From an uncultured Candidatus Saccharibacteria bacterium (lineage in GTDB: Bacteria > Patescibacteriota > Doudnabacteria > UBA920), in assembly GCA_964532425.1 (NCBI GenBank), contig CAZHIA010000001.1, positions 270,846 to 334,845 of the forward strand: a DNA stretch of 64,000 nt, in the 5' to 3' direction. Shown here piece by piece: positions 45,485 to 55,313 of the stretch. The position numbers and the translations under genes are program-made. The notes under the pieces are model-generated. The model did not search any database. It worked only from the letters and a program-made list of their open reading frames with translations, and was not told the DNA's origin. Numbering within the stretch: position 1 is the first letter of the stretch; every line of letters starts with the position of its first letter.

Positions 45485-46810
45485 ATGGCCAAAACGCAAA
45501 CAATTTTTGTCTGTTCGAGCTGCGGGTTCAGAACCCCTCGCTGGCAGGGGAAGTGCCCGAATTGCGGAGAATGGAACACATTGCAGGAACAGCGCACGAC
45601 TACAGGTCCGGTTCAAGGGGCCGGAAGACTGGCGGCATCGCCGGTCAGTCTTCAAGATGTCCAAGTGGGCGAACGCCAGCGGGTCTTAAGCGGTATGGGT
45701 GAGTATGATGAAGTAGTGGGTGGTGGTATGGTACCTGGCAGCCTTATTTTGCTTGGTGGCGATCCGGGGATTGGTAAATCTACGCTGGCCTTGCAATTGT
45801 CGCTTAAACTTCAGGGACGGGTGTTGTATGTTTCGGGGGAAGAATCGGTTCACCAGGTTAAATACCGGGCGGAACGCCTCAGTCCCGGCCAGCAGCTTTC
45901 GGTATTGGCGGAGACCGACTTGGAAGCCATTTTAGCGACCATTGAAGCATCGGCTCCGGAGGTGGTAATTGTTGATTCCATCCAGACTATGTACTCCGAA
46001 CAAGCGAGCGGTGTGGCAGGCGGTGTGGCCCAGGTTACGTATGGCGTTCAGCGCATTATGCGCCTAGCAAAACAGTTGCATATTACCTTCATAATTATTG
46101 GACATGTGACCAAGGAAGGATATCTGGCAGGCCCGAAGACTTTGGAGCATATGGTGGATACGGTTTTGTACCTTGAAGGGGAACGGTTCCAGAGTTTCCG
46201 CATTCTCCGCTGCGTGAAGAACCGTTTTGGGACTACGAACGAAGTGGGTGTGTTCGAAATGCAGCGGGAAGGCTTGATCGAGGTCGTCAATCCGTCCCAG
46301 CTGTTCTTGGGAGACAGTTCCATAAAGGCGAGTGGTAATGTTATTACTTCGGTTATGGAGGGGAGCCGCGCGTTGCTCCTCGAGATCCAGGCACTGACAA
46401 CGGTAACTAATTTCGGATACCCTAAGCGCACGACGGCTGGATTCGATAATAACCGGCTGCAGCTGCTCGCCGCTATTCTTTCTAAGCGGGCCGGCGTCAA
46501 TCTAAGTAATCAGGATATTTATATCAATGTAGTCGGAGGCATTAAAGTAGATGAGCCGAGTGCGGACCTGGCGGTAGCGATAGCCATTGTCTCGAGTATG
46601 AAGGATCTGGTACTGGATGGTACGGTGGTTATGGGTGAGCTGGGGCTTTCCGGTGAAGTTCGGTTCGTGCCGAATTTGGAGAAGCGCATCCGCGAGGCGG
46701 AAAAGCTTGGATTTACACGGATTATTTGCCCGCACGGTAAATTCTCAACTAAGGCAAAGGCGGAAATCGTGAAAGTCAGGACGTTGGCGGAAGCAGTCAG
46801 TCAATTATAA
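45485..46810 (+). CDS. radA: DNA repair protein RadA/Sms
   Basis: N-terminal C4 zinc finger CSSCGF...CPNCGEW. Walker A GDPGIGKST. KNRFG motif. Lon-protease-like C-domain. Confidence 0.92.
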   Translation: MAKTQTIFVCSSCGFRTPRWQGKCPNCGEWNTLQEQRTTTGPVQGAGRLAASPVSLQDVQVGERQRVLSGMGEYDEVVGGGMVPGSLILLGGDPGIGKSTLALQLSLKLQGRVLYVSGEESVHQVKYRAERLSPGQQLSVLAETDLEAILATIEASAPEVVIVDSIQTMYSEQASGVAGGVAQVTYGVQRIMRLAKQLHITFIIIGHVTKEGYLAGPKTLEHMVDTVLYLEGERFQSFRILRCVKNRFGTTNEVGVFEMQREGLIEVVNPSQLFLGDSSIKASGNVITSVMEGSRALLLEIQALTTVTNFGYPKRTTAGFDNNRLQLLAAILSKRAGVNLSNQDIYINVVGGIKVDEPSADLAVAIAIVSSMKDLVLDGTVVMGELGLSGEVRFVPNLEKRIREAEKLGFTRIICPHGKFSTKAKAEIVKVRTLAEAVSQL

Positions 46811-46825
46811 CTTTCGAATAAATGA

Positions 46826-46856
46826 AAACGGGACACCGATCGGTGTCCCGTTCTTT
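46826..46856 (+). terminator. rho-independent terminator
   Basis: AAACGGGACACCGATCGGTGTCCCGTTCTTT. Confidence 0.7.
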
Positions 46857-47381
46857 ACAAGCCTGAAAGCGCCTGGTGCGCAGGCTTCGGTCAAGTGCTG
46901 AGGATGCTGTGAATGAAATGGATATCCCGCGGGGTTGGGACGTCCCATGAGCGATATATATTCCGCTATTTCATTTCGGGTATCCTCGGCAATTGCTAAC
47001 TGATATGGGCGTAGCTGAGACTCTGCGGTCTGACCGGGGTGCGGTTCTTCTTTTCAGGTACAGCGACCTGAATCGTTTTTGTAAGCGCCGTTTGTCCCTT
47101 GGGAGGGGTGGGAAGGGTCTCTTCCGTCGGAAACGGCATTCCGCATCCGTGTACGCACCTGCCGGCACTGCGCGGCTGCCACATGAAACAGCAGAGTATG
47201 TACTTCACTCCTGTCTTTTCGGTTCTTGTCTGGTAGTGTTTTGCGATTTGTCGTAGTTTTTGTTGCGCCATATTCACCTGTAATAAAACTGGACACTGGA
47301 ACATTCCCAGAGATTATGCATCGCCCATGCCCCCTTTGGATTTGTAAGCATTATAATATGGATTGGTAAAGCCGGCAATAG

Positions 47382-49439
47382 CTATTCAAAATGCACGGTT
47401 TTTCCTTTGAGCTTCTTTGCAAGTTCGGAATGTTGAGCAAGCAGGAAGTCGCTTTCAAGCAATCCTCGAGCTTCCTGACGGGCAGGTTCAATCAGGTGTA
47501 CGTATGAAGGGTTAAAATATTTAAAATTCCATCCTGACTGCAGGGAACCGTACAATTCACCGAAGCCGCGCAATTTTAAATCGAGCTCTGCCAAGGCGAA
47601 TCCGTCGGTGGTGTTGCTAAATTGCTGCAAGCGGCTCAGTGCTTCCGTATCCGAACTTTCAGTGAACACAAAGCAGTAACTCTGGTGCTGTCCCCGGCCG
47701 ACGCGGCCGCGGAATTGGTGGAGCTGGGCCAGACCGAACCTCTCCGCACCCTCGATGATCATCACACTGGCATTGGGGACATCAACACCCACTTCCACTA
47801 CCGAGGTGGACACCAGGATTTGGGTAGTATTGGCCAAAAAATCCGCCATGGACTGTTCCTTGTGCTTAGCTGTCATACGGCCATGGAGCAGGCCAACGGT
47901 AAACTGCGGAAACATTTTTTGGAGGCGTTCCTGCTCGGTGGTGGCTGCCTTCACGTCGAGCTGTTCACTTTCCTCGATGAGCGGGGTGACCACAAACACC
48001 TGGCGGCCGGCCGCGACCTGTTTGGCAATAAAATCATAGGCTTTCTGGCGGTCTTCCGCGGTTACGAGTTTGGTAATGATCGGTTTCCGGTCCTTGGGTT
48101 TGGTCTTTATCTGGGAGATTTGGAGCTCGCCATAAAATGCCAGCTGTAGTGTGCGGGGGATTGGGGTTGCGGTCAGGGAGATCAGGTGCGGGACCTTACC
48201 TTTGCCTTCCAAGAGCTCCATGCGTTGGTCAACTCCGAACCGGTGTTGTTCGTCAATCACAGCCATTGCCAAGTTCTTAAACGAAGTTTTTTTGGATATT
48301 AGTGCATGCGTGCCGATCACTAGGGCTGGCATGCCTTCCTTAAGGAGGGCCTGCAGTTTTGGTTTGGGTAATTTTTCTCCGTCCAATTCCGACTGGGTAC
48401 CGGTTAAAAGACAGCAGCGGACGTGAAGCGGCGCGAGGTATCTTTTAGCGGTTTCGTAATGCTGGCGGGCCAGAATCTCCGTCGGAGCCATTAATGCTGC
48501 TTGCTGCTGCTGCAACACTGCCTCGGCAACCGCGATCAGTGCGACGAGGGTTTTACCGCTGCCAACATCTCCTTCGATCAACCGAGCCATGGGAATTGGT
48601 TTTTCCATATCCTGCAAAATCTCCCAGGCCGCTCTTTTTTGGCCCGGGGTTAACTCGAACGGCAGCTGGGCGAGTAATCCTTTGACTACCTCCTGGCGGA
48701 ATGGGATTGTGACCGCTTTTCTGCGTTCGAGTTCCATTTTACGTTTTTGAGCTAGAAGCTGGTTCAAAAATATTTCCTCGAATGCCAGTCGCTTGCGGGC
48801 GGCAGCGAGTTGTTCGAACGATTCGGGAAAATGTGCGGCCTGCACGGTTTGCCCAATACTCAATAGTCCCTGCCTGAGTAAAATTTCCTGTGGGAGCGGA
48901 TCATTCAAATTGGCTGCGAGTGGCAAGACCGAAGCGACGAGGTTACGGAAGGTCTTAGGGTACACCTGCTGGCTTAAATGGTAGAGCGGTACGAGTCGGG
49001 CGGTGTGTCTCGGGAAATCCGATACTTTTTCATACAACGGATTCGTCAGCTGCAAGGAATGATTATAGTAATCGGGCTTACCGGCCAGGTAAACCTCGTC
49101 TCCTTTTTGGAGAGCTTTGGCTATATACGGTTGGTTGAACCATACTACTTTCATGGAACCGGTCTCGTCTGAAACGATCGCTTCGGCCATGGACAGGTGG
49201 CTCTTGAATGAAAAGCGGATTTGGATAGTTTTGACGGTCGCATGGATGGTGGTTGGCTGGTCTGCCACAAGTTCGCGGATGCTGCTCGTTTTGCTGAAAT
49301 CAAGGTACCGGTATGGGAAATATAAAAGCAGGTCGGCAACAGTTTCGATGCCGAGCTTTTTTAAAGCCGCCACCATGGGCTTGGCAATCCGCGGCAGTGT
49401 GTTGATAGGAGAATCTACATTTGCCATATTCGGCAGCAT
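47382..49439 (-). CDS. recG: ATP-dependent DNA helicase RecG
   Basis: 685 aa. Wedge/OB N-domain. Helicase motif I GDVGSGKT, motif II DEQHRFG, motif VI QLHQFRGRVGRG. Confidence 0.92.
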   Translation of the reverse strand: MLPNMANVDSPINTLPRIAKPMVAALKKLGIETVADLLLYFPYRYLDFSKTSSIRELVADQPTTIHATVKTIQIRFSFKSHLSMAEAIVSDETGSMKVVWFNQPYIAKALQKGDEVYLAGKPDYYNHSLQLTNPLYEKVSDFPRHTARLVPLYHLSQQVYPKTFRNLVASVLPLAANLNDPLPQEILLRQGLLSIGQTVQAAHFPESFEQLAAARKRLAFEEIFLNQLLAQKRKMELERRKAVTIPFRQEVVKGLLAQLPFELTPGQKRAAWEILQDMEKPIPMARLIEGDVGSGKTLVALIAVAEAVLQQQQAALMAPTEILARQHYETAKRYLAPLHVRCCLLTGTQSELDGEKLPKPKLQALLKEGMPALVIGTHALISKKTSFKNLAMAVIDEQHRFGVDQRMELLEGKGKVPHLISLTATPIPRTLQLAFYGELQISQIKTKPKDRKPIITKLVTAEDRQKAYDFIAKQVAAGRQVFVVTPLIEESEQLDVKAATTEQERLQKMFPQFTVGLLHGRMTAKHKEQSMADFLANTTQILVSTSVVEVGVDVPNASVMIIEGAERFGLAQLHQFRGRVGRGQHQSYCFVFTESSDTEALSRLQQFSNTTDGFALAELDLKLRGFGELYGSLQSGWNFKYFNPSYVHLIEPARQEARGLLESDFLLAQHSELAKKLKGKTVHFE

Positions 49440-49572
49440 AAAAATAAAATAACCCTTCGACTCCTGTTGGTCGCTCAGGGTATTCGACTCATGTATATAC
49501 TAGATGTGTTGTACGGGCATGGCAGAGGCGGTCATAGACCATGAGCGAATCCGCTTTTGCGGACAAGTCGAA

Positions 49573-49649
49573 TGGTGACCTCGGCTGGAATCGAACCAGC
49601 GGCCTTTCCCTTCGGAGGGGAACGCTCTAATCCACTGAGCTACGAGGCC
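49573..49649 (-). tRNA. tRNA-Arg (anticodon CCG), CCA encoded
   Basis: Manual fold of the minus-strand sequence GGCCTCGTAGCTCAGTGGATTAGAGCGTTCCCCTCCGAAGGGAAAGGCCGCTGGTTCGATTCCAGCCGAGGTCACCA: 7 bp acceptor, D arm GCTC/GAGC, anticodon loop CTCCGAA, T arm GCTGG-TTCGATT-CCAGC. Confidence 0.85.
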
Positions 49650-49677
49650 ATGCAAAGAATCCGTAAAATCTATTATA

Positions 49678-50148
49678 TCAAAACTTGAACCGGTGGGCAA
49701 TGCTCTGGGTAAGCGCTTCGTGTTCTTCATCGTGCTCCTTGAGGTGGGGGAGCAGGAATTGTCTGACTTCGTCGGGGTCCTGGTCCTCAAGCTCGAAAAC
49801 CAGAAAGTGGTTCAGGTAGGCAGTCGTGTGAATATTTAAAGTTTTGTGGTGAGCGTTATGCACCACCCAGAAGTGTTTGATCTGTTTATAGGGAACGAAA
49901 AGGGTCCCAAACTTAATGCCCCGGTGGTTCAGTTCGATGGTCAGCATCTGGGGTTGTTGGCGGGAAAAATAGACAATAATCGCAGCCACAACCACCATAG
50001 TTACCGCACTGAAGAATTCCCGTTGGATAATGAAGTAACCGATGACAAGGATGGCAATGGCTATAAACGTGGTGTACCAGCCCGCAGTCTTTTCGTAATG
50101 TTTGAACTCCGGCGCTTGCCAGGATAGAGTTTGGTTTTGGGATGACAT
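49678..50148 (-). CDS. membrane hypothetical protein (156 aa, two TM)
   Basis: Hydrophobic helices AGWYTTFIAIAILVIGYFII and AVTMVVVAAIIVYF. Confidence 0.5.
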   Translation of the reverse strand: MSSQNQTLSWQAPEFKHYEKTAGWYTTFIAIAILVIGYFIIQREFFSAVTMVVVAAIIVYFSRQQPQMLTIELNHRGIKFGTLFVPYKQIKHFWVVHNAHHKTLNIHTTAYLNHFLVFELEDQDPDEVRQFLLPHLKEHDEEHEALTQSIAHRFKF

Positions 50149-50163
50149 AATGTCAAATAAATT

Positions 50164-50436
50164 TTATTGGTGGCTAAAATATTCTGTAATTGCTGCGCGT
50201 ACTGCCGGGAATCGGTACTTCGTTGCAAGAAAGTCGTCCAGTGTACCGGCCTTGTACATGTGCTCCATCTCGGCAATGTCCTGGGGGAGGATCGTGTAAT
50301 CAGACCTTCCGATCACATTGTTCACCGGCTTTGTCCAGGTGGGAGGAGTAAACTTTCCGATAAAATCTTGCAGTAAAATAGCCCTGTATTCTGGATTGCC
50401 CGTTTCCCTTGCGGGTGATTGTTCTAGTTTGAGCAT
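50164..50436 (-). CDS. hypothetical protein (90 aa)
   Basis: Clean ORF co-directional with the neighbour. No domain recognised. Confidence 0.4.
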   Translation of the reverse strand: MLKLEQSPARETGNPEYRAILLQDFIGKFTPPTWTKPVNNVIGRSDYTILPQDIAEMEHMYKAGTLDDFLATKYRFPAVRAAITEYFSHQ

Positions 50437-50580
50437 GCTATAAAGACTCCAATTTTCTGCAACCCTTCGCTTAAGCTACGGGTTACACCTTTCGCTAAAG
50501 TTGCAAGTGTTGTGGCCGCAGGCGCACCCGTCGCTGTTAGCTATGGATGGCCGCAGGCCACCTGAAGCTTTAGCGAAAGG

Positions 50581-50669
50581 TGGCGGAAGGGGAGGGATTC
50601 GAACCCTCGAGGCCTTTTGGGCCTGTCGGTTTTCAAGACCGATGCACTAGACCACTATGCGACCCTTCC
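50581..50669 (-). tRNA. tRNA-Ser (anticodon UGA), class II with long variable arm, CCA encoded
   Basis: Minus-strand sequence GGAAGGGTCGCATAGTGGTCTAGTGCATCGGTCTTGAAAACCGACAGGCCCAAAAGGCCTCGAGGGTTCGAATCCCTCCCCTTCCGCCA: anticodon loop CTTGAAA, 17 nt variable arm, T arm GAGGG-TTCGAAT-CCCTC. Confidence 0.85.
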
Positions 50670-50969
50670 GTATATAATCATGAGCTGTTTTCAGTTGATG
50701 CTATCGGACCGGGTCGAATGACCCGGCAAGACCGGCACACTCGACCACTCGGCAACCTTTCCCTAAATCCTATTTATTATAGCATTTTTTGCAGAAAATC
50801 GGCAATTTTTGGCAAACTAAAACGGCCTAAACTCTAGAATATAGGCCGTTTCGTACATTGATAGGCCATGGGAATGGCCGTGGACTGCTTAAGGCAGTTT
50901 TTGCTGCCCTAATGTGTCCGCCAGATTTGAAAATCGAACGAAGGCGGACTGATCAGGGTATCAAATGTG

Positions 50970-52196
50970 TTAAGGAGCGTATTGCGGAGCGGGATCTTCA
51001 ATAATATAACCTCCCATAGTCTGTTTGCCGTCCGCTGGTTGTATGTCCGTGTCTTGTGTATTTGTTGCGGTATTCTTTGCTGGCTGTTTTAAATTCAGGG
51101 GGATCGTGCTTGTCGAAGCTGAAGGGGAAGCGGGGTTGGCGGGGGTAGTAGTCGGCAAGTTGCTGTCCGAAGTGGAGGTTCCCTTAACCGTGCCTGCCGG
51201 TTGGTTGGCGGGGTCGAGTACGGTGATCTCCCGAGCAACGATGGTGTTATTGGTCTTCTTACCCACAATATGGATTAGGGTACCGGAAGTAAGTGAGGTT
51301 GTGGCATTCCCTTCTTCATCCTGGGTGGTGGTTTCGGCGGAAAGGTAGAAAATGGTTTTTTCGATAGTTACAGAGCCTTTATCCGCCCTGGTAACAGTAC
51401 CGGACATAGTAACAATGTTCGGATCATTATTGAGTTTGGTCAGACTTTCGTCTTGGGCAACGGTTGCAATTTGGATGAGCTTGTTTACTTCCGTAACTGT
51501 CTGCGCATTCGCTTGTTGGGCTGCGGTGGCTGCATCTTGAGCTTGTACATCGGGTTTAATGGTATTCAAGAGGTTCTGTTGCTCTTTGGTAATATTCTGG
51601 AGCGAGGCAACGATCGGGTGGTCCTTAGCGGTATTCAAGTTGCTGAGCGCGGCGGTTTTAACCTCTGCGGTGGTTTGTTGGGTCTGGTTCGAGAGTTCTG
51701 CCAAGGCCGCAATCTCCAAGGCAGGGTTTTCATTGTGATTTTCAAATACCTGCCGGGCTTCGTTCATACGCCGCTGGGTAAGAGCTAATTGCAAATTTGC
51801 GCGCTCAACGGGATCATTCGTCATTTTCAATTCCAGCTGTTCAGCTGTGCGTTTGACCGCAAACAGCCGTTGTCCTGGCAGGCTGTTTATTGCGCCGTAC
51901 GCAGTGGCTCCAAAAGCCGCAAGAAGCAGCAGCATACTGGTGCTAACCGCTGCAAAACGTGAGAAGTGCATCCAGGTTGTCCAGATGCTAGCTTTGGCTG
52001 GGGCGGTCAGGTATAGTCGGCGCATGGCAGGTTCGGGGGCAGGGATGGTTGGTATCCGCATAAACGGCTCCGCGGTTTGCAACAAGCCGAGTAGGAGCTC
52101 TTTATGTTCCGGGTACTTTGAAACTATCTGGTCAGCCGGCATGCCGGACTTCAGATCTTTCAAAGCCTTATCCAAAATGTAGTCAATCTCTGCCAT
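50970..52196 (-). CDS. putative anti-sigma factor / sigma-associated single-pass membrane protein (408 aa)
   Basis: Overlaps the upstream ECF sigma gene by 14 nt. Cytoplasmic N-domain, TM (FAAVSTSMLLLLAAFGATAYGAI), long extracytoplasmic region with a T/N/Q-rich tail. Confidence 0.5.
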   Translation of the reverse strand: MAEIDYILDKALKDLKSGMPADQIVSKYPEHKELLLGLLQTAEPFMRIPTIPAPEPAMRRLYLTAPAKASIWTTWMHFSRFAAVSTSMLLLLAAFGATAYGAINSLPGQRLFAVKRTAEQLELKMTNDPVERANLQLALTQRRMNEARQVFENHNENPALEIAALAELSNQTQQTTAEVKTAALSNLNTAKDHPIVASLQNITKEQQNLLNTIKPDVQAQDAATAAQQANAQTVTEVNKLIQIATVAQDESLTKLNNDPNIVTMSGTVTRADKGSVTIEKTIFYLSAETTTQDEEGNATTSLTSGTLIHIVGKKTNNTIVAREITVLDPANQPAGTVKGTSTSDSNLPTTTPANPASPSASTSTIPLNLKQPAKNTATNTQDTDIQPADGKQTMGGYIIEDPAPQYAP

Positions 52197-52776
52197 GGTA
52201 TTTGTAGTGTAGTTCCTTCAATTTGGCGATGGCACGGTGTTGGATAACCCGGATAGCGCCTTCATTCTTTTCGAGTAAGCTGGCAATTTCATCGTTTTCC
52301 AGCTCTTCGACAAATTTCATTTTAATGACCGCTTGTTGTTCGGGGGTTAGCTCGCTTACCAGTTTTAGGAAGTATTTTTGCTCTTCCTGGAGGCTGACCA
52401 CGTCGATAAGATTCATCTCGTATTCTAACGTGTTCTCTAATTCGTCCAGTGACACGGTCATCTGTTTCTCCCGGTAGTAGTCTATTACCCGGTTTCGTGC
52501 GATCTGGTAGAGCCAGCCTTCAAAAGCGCCTTTCTCCTTGAGGCCTTTGATTTTACCGTACGCTTTTATGAACACGTCTTCAGCCAGGTCTTCCGCAATC
52601 TCCTTGTGGCCGACTCGGTAGAAAACAAAGCGGTATATTCGTTTGAAAAAGAGGTTGTACAGTTCGCCAAAGGCCGATTCTTCGCCGTGCTGGGCCCTGC
52701 CAATACAGTCATGCAAAGCCTCGATATTCTCCCCAATATTTGGCGGACTACCCCTAAAGACGTCAAATTGATCCAT
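52183..52776 (-). CDS. RNA polymerase sigma-70 factor, ECF subfamily
   Basis: Region 2 (FFKRIYRFVFYRVGHKEIAEDLAEDVFIKAY, FEGWLYQIARN) and region 4 (LTPEQQAVIKMKFVEELENDEIASLLEKNEGAIRVIQHRAIAKL). Confidence 0.85.
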   Translation of the reverse strand: MDQFDVFRGSPPNIGENIEALHDCIGRAQHGEESAFGELYNLFFKRIYRFVFYRVGHKEIAEDLAEDVFIKAYGKIKGLKEKGAFEGWLYQIARNRVIDYYREKQMTVSLDELENTLEYEMNLIDVVSLQEEQKYFLKLVSELTPEQQAVIKMKFVEELENDEIASLLEKNEGAIRVIQHRAIAKLKELHYKYHGRD

Positions 52777-53236
52777 TTTGTTACAATGCGGTTAGGTATA
52801 CTGAAAATTCAGGAAAAAAGCAAAATCCGGGAACCTTCCAGTATTTTACCATATTTCTAGGGACTACGGCTCTCTTTCCCTATACGAAATTGGGAGAGCA
52901 ATGGTCACGTACAGTACGGGTACTCAAGCTCTTAAAGAGCACAAAAGGTGTTCCATTGCAAGTTGTTTGGATGTCAGTAGACTGATTCGCCTCATTGAGA
53001 CTTTAAAAAAAATTTAATTGCTGGCAATTGAAAGCTTAAATGGCAGACTGTGTATAAAATCCTCGACTTTTCCTCTCTGCCCTTGTTACAATTATTGCTA
53101 CCAGATCATTAATCTGCATGCAGATTGGAAACAAAAATAAACGTTTCCAAAATTCCTCTTAAATCCGCACCGGGAATGCCGGAACGGTTTTTACGAGGGT
53201 ATGCACTGGCAAAATATTTAAATCAAGGAAGGAACA

Positions 53237-55159
53237 ATGGGTAACCCTTTGCTTCCCAAACAAAAACACGAATCGATTCTAAAAACAATAAAAAAAATTT
53301 CCAGCCCGGAATTCTGGTCCGCGCTGGAAATAAAAACGAGCCGTTTATTTTCTAATTTGTATCATGTAGTGACGCTCCGTGCGCCATCTACTTACAAGCC
53401 ATCCCAGCAAGTTCGGCGCGGTGCCCGTCTGGCAGTCAAACTTTCCGTTGTGGCTTTGGTTGGCACGCTGGCAGCCTTTTTGCCGCCAACGCTTGCCGGC
53501 AGACAGGCTGGACATGGTCCGGTCTCCCAGTCCATCGCTATTGCCAGTACCTGGGGGGACTCTAATATCGACATTTGGTGGCCGACTGATAGCGCCAAGG
53601 TCACCGGAGTCCAGCCCTTTAAAGCGGTGGTTAATAACCGGGCTATCGACCAGTACCGCATGGTCTGGCAGGTGGACGGCGGACAGCAAAATCAGATGGC
53701 GACCAGCATGCAGGATTGGCCGCACAAAGAAACCAATGTCGATTTGACCGGGTGGAATTGGAAAGGGAGTGGTCCGTATACGCTTTCGTTCACTGCTTTT
53801 GACAATTCCGGGTCGCAGATTGGACAGAAGTTCGAAGTTATTTATATTACGAGCGGGCAGTCCGCACCGGTAGTATCAACGCCTGCTCCCGTGAAAGCCA
53901 TCGCTCCTGCACCAATCCAAGCAGCAACTCTATCGCAACAAAAGCTGGATGTGTGGTGGCCGACCAACAATGTTTCGGTTTCCGGTACGCTGCCGGTCAA
54001 GGCTATGCTCGAGAATACGGCGGTTACGGATTACACCATGACCTTCAGGGTCGGTAGCGGTCCCGAGCAGGACATGGGCACAAACTATTCCGATTATCCT
54101 CACAAAGAAACGTCTGCCAACACGAGTCAGTGGGGCTCAGGCAGCGTTACTTTGAACTTTACGGCTAAGAACGTGGCTGGACAGGTAATAGGCACCAGCT
54201 CGGTTACGGTGAATGTCCAAACACCTGCTGGACAGCCGGCGGCAACTGCCGCTACCCAACCGGCTGCGGTGCCAGTTTCTGGAAATCCATTCAGCGGGGC
54301 CAAGCTGTTCGTGGATCCCAATAGTGATGCGAAAAAACAAGCTGATGCGTGGCGCTCCAGTCAGCCGCAAAACGCTTCCTTCATGGATAAGATTGCGAAC
54401 CAGCCTACGACTTTCTGGATGGGTAATTGGAATAGCGATATTACCGGTGACACGCGCCGGAATGTCCAGGCGGCCCAGTCCCAGGGTGCCATGCCCGTGT
54501 TCGTGGCTTATAATATCCCGCAGCGCGATTGTGGCGGGTATTCAGCCGGTGGCAGCGGTAGCCCGGATGCATATAAGCAGTGGATCCGCAGCATGGCCGC
54601 AGGCATCGGTTCTGCCAAATCGGCTGTGATCATCGAGCCGGATGCCATCGCTCTGATTGATTGTCTGTCTGGGAGCGACCAACAAACCCGGTACAGCCTT
54701 ATTCGCGACGCAGTGTCAGTGTTTAAGTCGCTTGGCAATACCGCGGTCTACATCGACGCGGCCCATCCGGGGTGGCTCTCTGTCGGTGACATGGTTTCGC
54801 GTTTGAAGAATGCCGGTATCGACCAAGCTGACGGTTTTTCCCTGGATATCTCGAACTTCTATACGACGCAAGACAATGTGAATTACGGAACCTCCATCTC
54901 AAACCAAGTTGGCGGCAAACATTTTGTCGTCGATACGGGGCGCAACGGAAACGGTCCGACGCCGGATTATCAGTGGTGCAACCCTTCAGGTCGTGCCCTC
55001 GGCCAGCGGCCGACTACCGCCACCGGAAACGCCCTGGTTGATGCTTATTTGTGGGTCAAAGGACCGGGCGGCAGCGACGGCAACTGCAACGGCGGACCGA
55101 ATGCCGGAGTCTTCTGGCCGGATTACGCATTAGGGCTTGCACAAAGAGCCTCTTGGTAG
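53237..55159 (+). CDS. secreted glycoside hydrolase family 6 (cellulase/endoglucanase) with two N-terminal roughly 100 aa beta-sandwich repeat domains
   Basis: The C-terminal roughly 300 aa align motif by motif with Cel6A-type GH6 as I recall it: VFVAYNIPQRDCGG, VIIEPDAIALI, VYIDAAHPGW, VVDTGRNGNGP, WCNPSGRALG, DAYLWVKGPGGSDG. Two tandem WWPT...V(S/T)G..P(F/V)KA... modules precede it. Confidence 0.8.
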   Translation: MGNPLLPKQKHESILKTIKKISSPEFWSALEIKTSRLFSNLYHVVTLRAPSTYKPSQQVRRGARLAVKLSVVALVGTLAAFLPPTLAGRQAGHGPVSQSIAIASTWGDSNIDIWWPTDSAKVTGVQPFKAVVNNRAIDQYRMVWQVDGGQQNQMATSMQDWPHKETNVDLTGWNWKGSGPYTLSFTAFDNSGSQIGQKFEVIYITSGQSAPVVSTPAPVKAIAPAPIQAATLSQQKLDVWWPTNNVSVSGTLPVKAMLENTAVTDYTMTFRVGSGPEQDMGTNYSDYPHKETSANTSQWGSGSVTLNFTAKNVAGQVIGTSSVTVNVQTPAGQPAATAATQPAAVPVSGNPFSGAKLFVDPNSDAKKQADAWRSSQPQNASFMDKIANQPTTFWMGNWNSDITGDTRRNVQAAQSQGAMPVFVAYNIPQRDCGGYSAGGSGSPDAYKQWIRSMAAGIGSAKSAVIIEPDAIALIDCLSGSDQQTRYSLIRDAVSVFKSLGNTAVYIDAAHPGWLSVGDMVSRLKNAGIDQADGFSLDISNFYTTQDNVNYGTSISNQVGGKHFVVDTGRNGNGPTPDYQWCNPSGRALGQRPTTATGNALVDAYLWVKGPGGSDGNCNGGPNAGVFWPDYALGLAQRASW

Positions 55160-55200
55160 GACACAGATGAACACTGATTCAAAACAGATAAACACGGATA

Positions 55201-55232
55201 AAGGCCGGCGCTATTGCGCCGGCCTTTTTTGT
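55201..55232 (+). terminator. rho-independent terminator
   Basis: AAGGCCGGCGC-tatt-GCGCCGGCCTTTTTTG. Confidence 0.75.
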
Positions 55233-55313
55233 TTACTGTATCGAAAATCGCTTGACAGAAAGGGAAAACGGTATATGATAAGGTGAAATCATAGTTAGGC
55301 GAAGGAGGGAAAG

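Noticed and set aside
50690-50760. Possible second tRNA or tRNA fragment (CGGACCGGGTCGAATGACCCGG) upstream of tRNA-Ser
   Set aside because: It forms only a single hairpin (GGGTC-gaat-GACCC). No acceptor, D or anticodon arms could be assembled.
50580-50837. 85 aa plus-strand ORF overlapping tRNA-Ser
   Set aside because: It lies on top of a well-folded tRNA gene and its upstream region. The translation is low-complexity.
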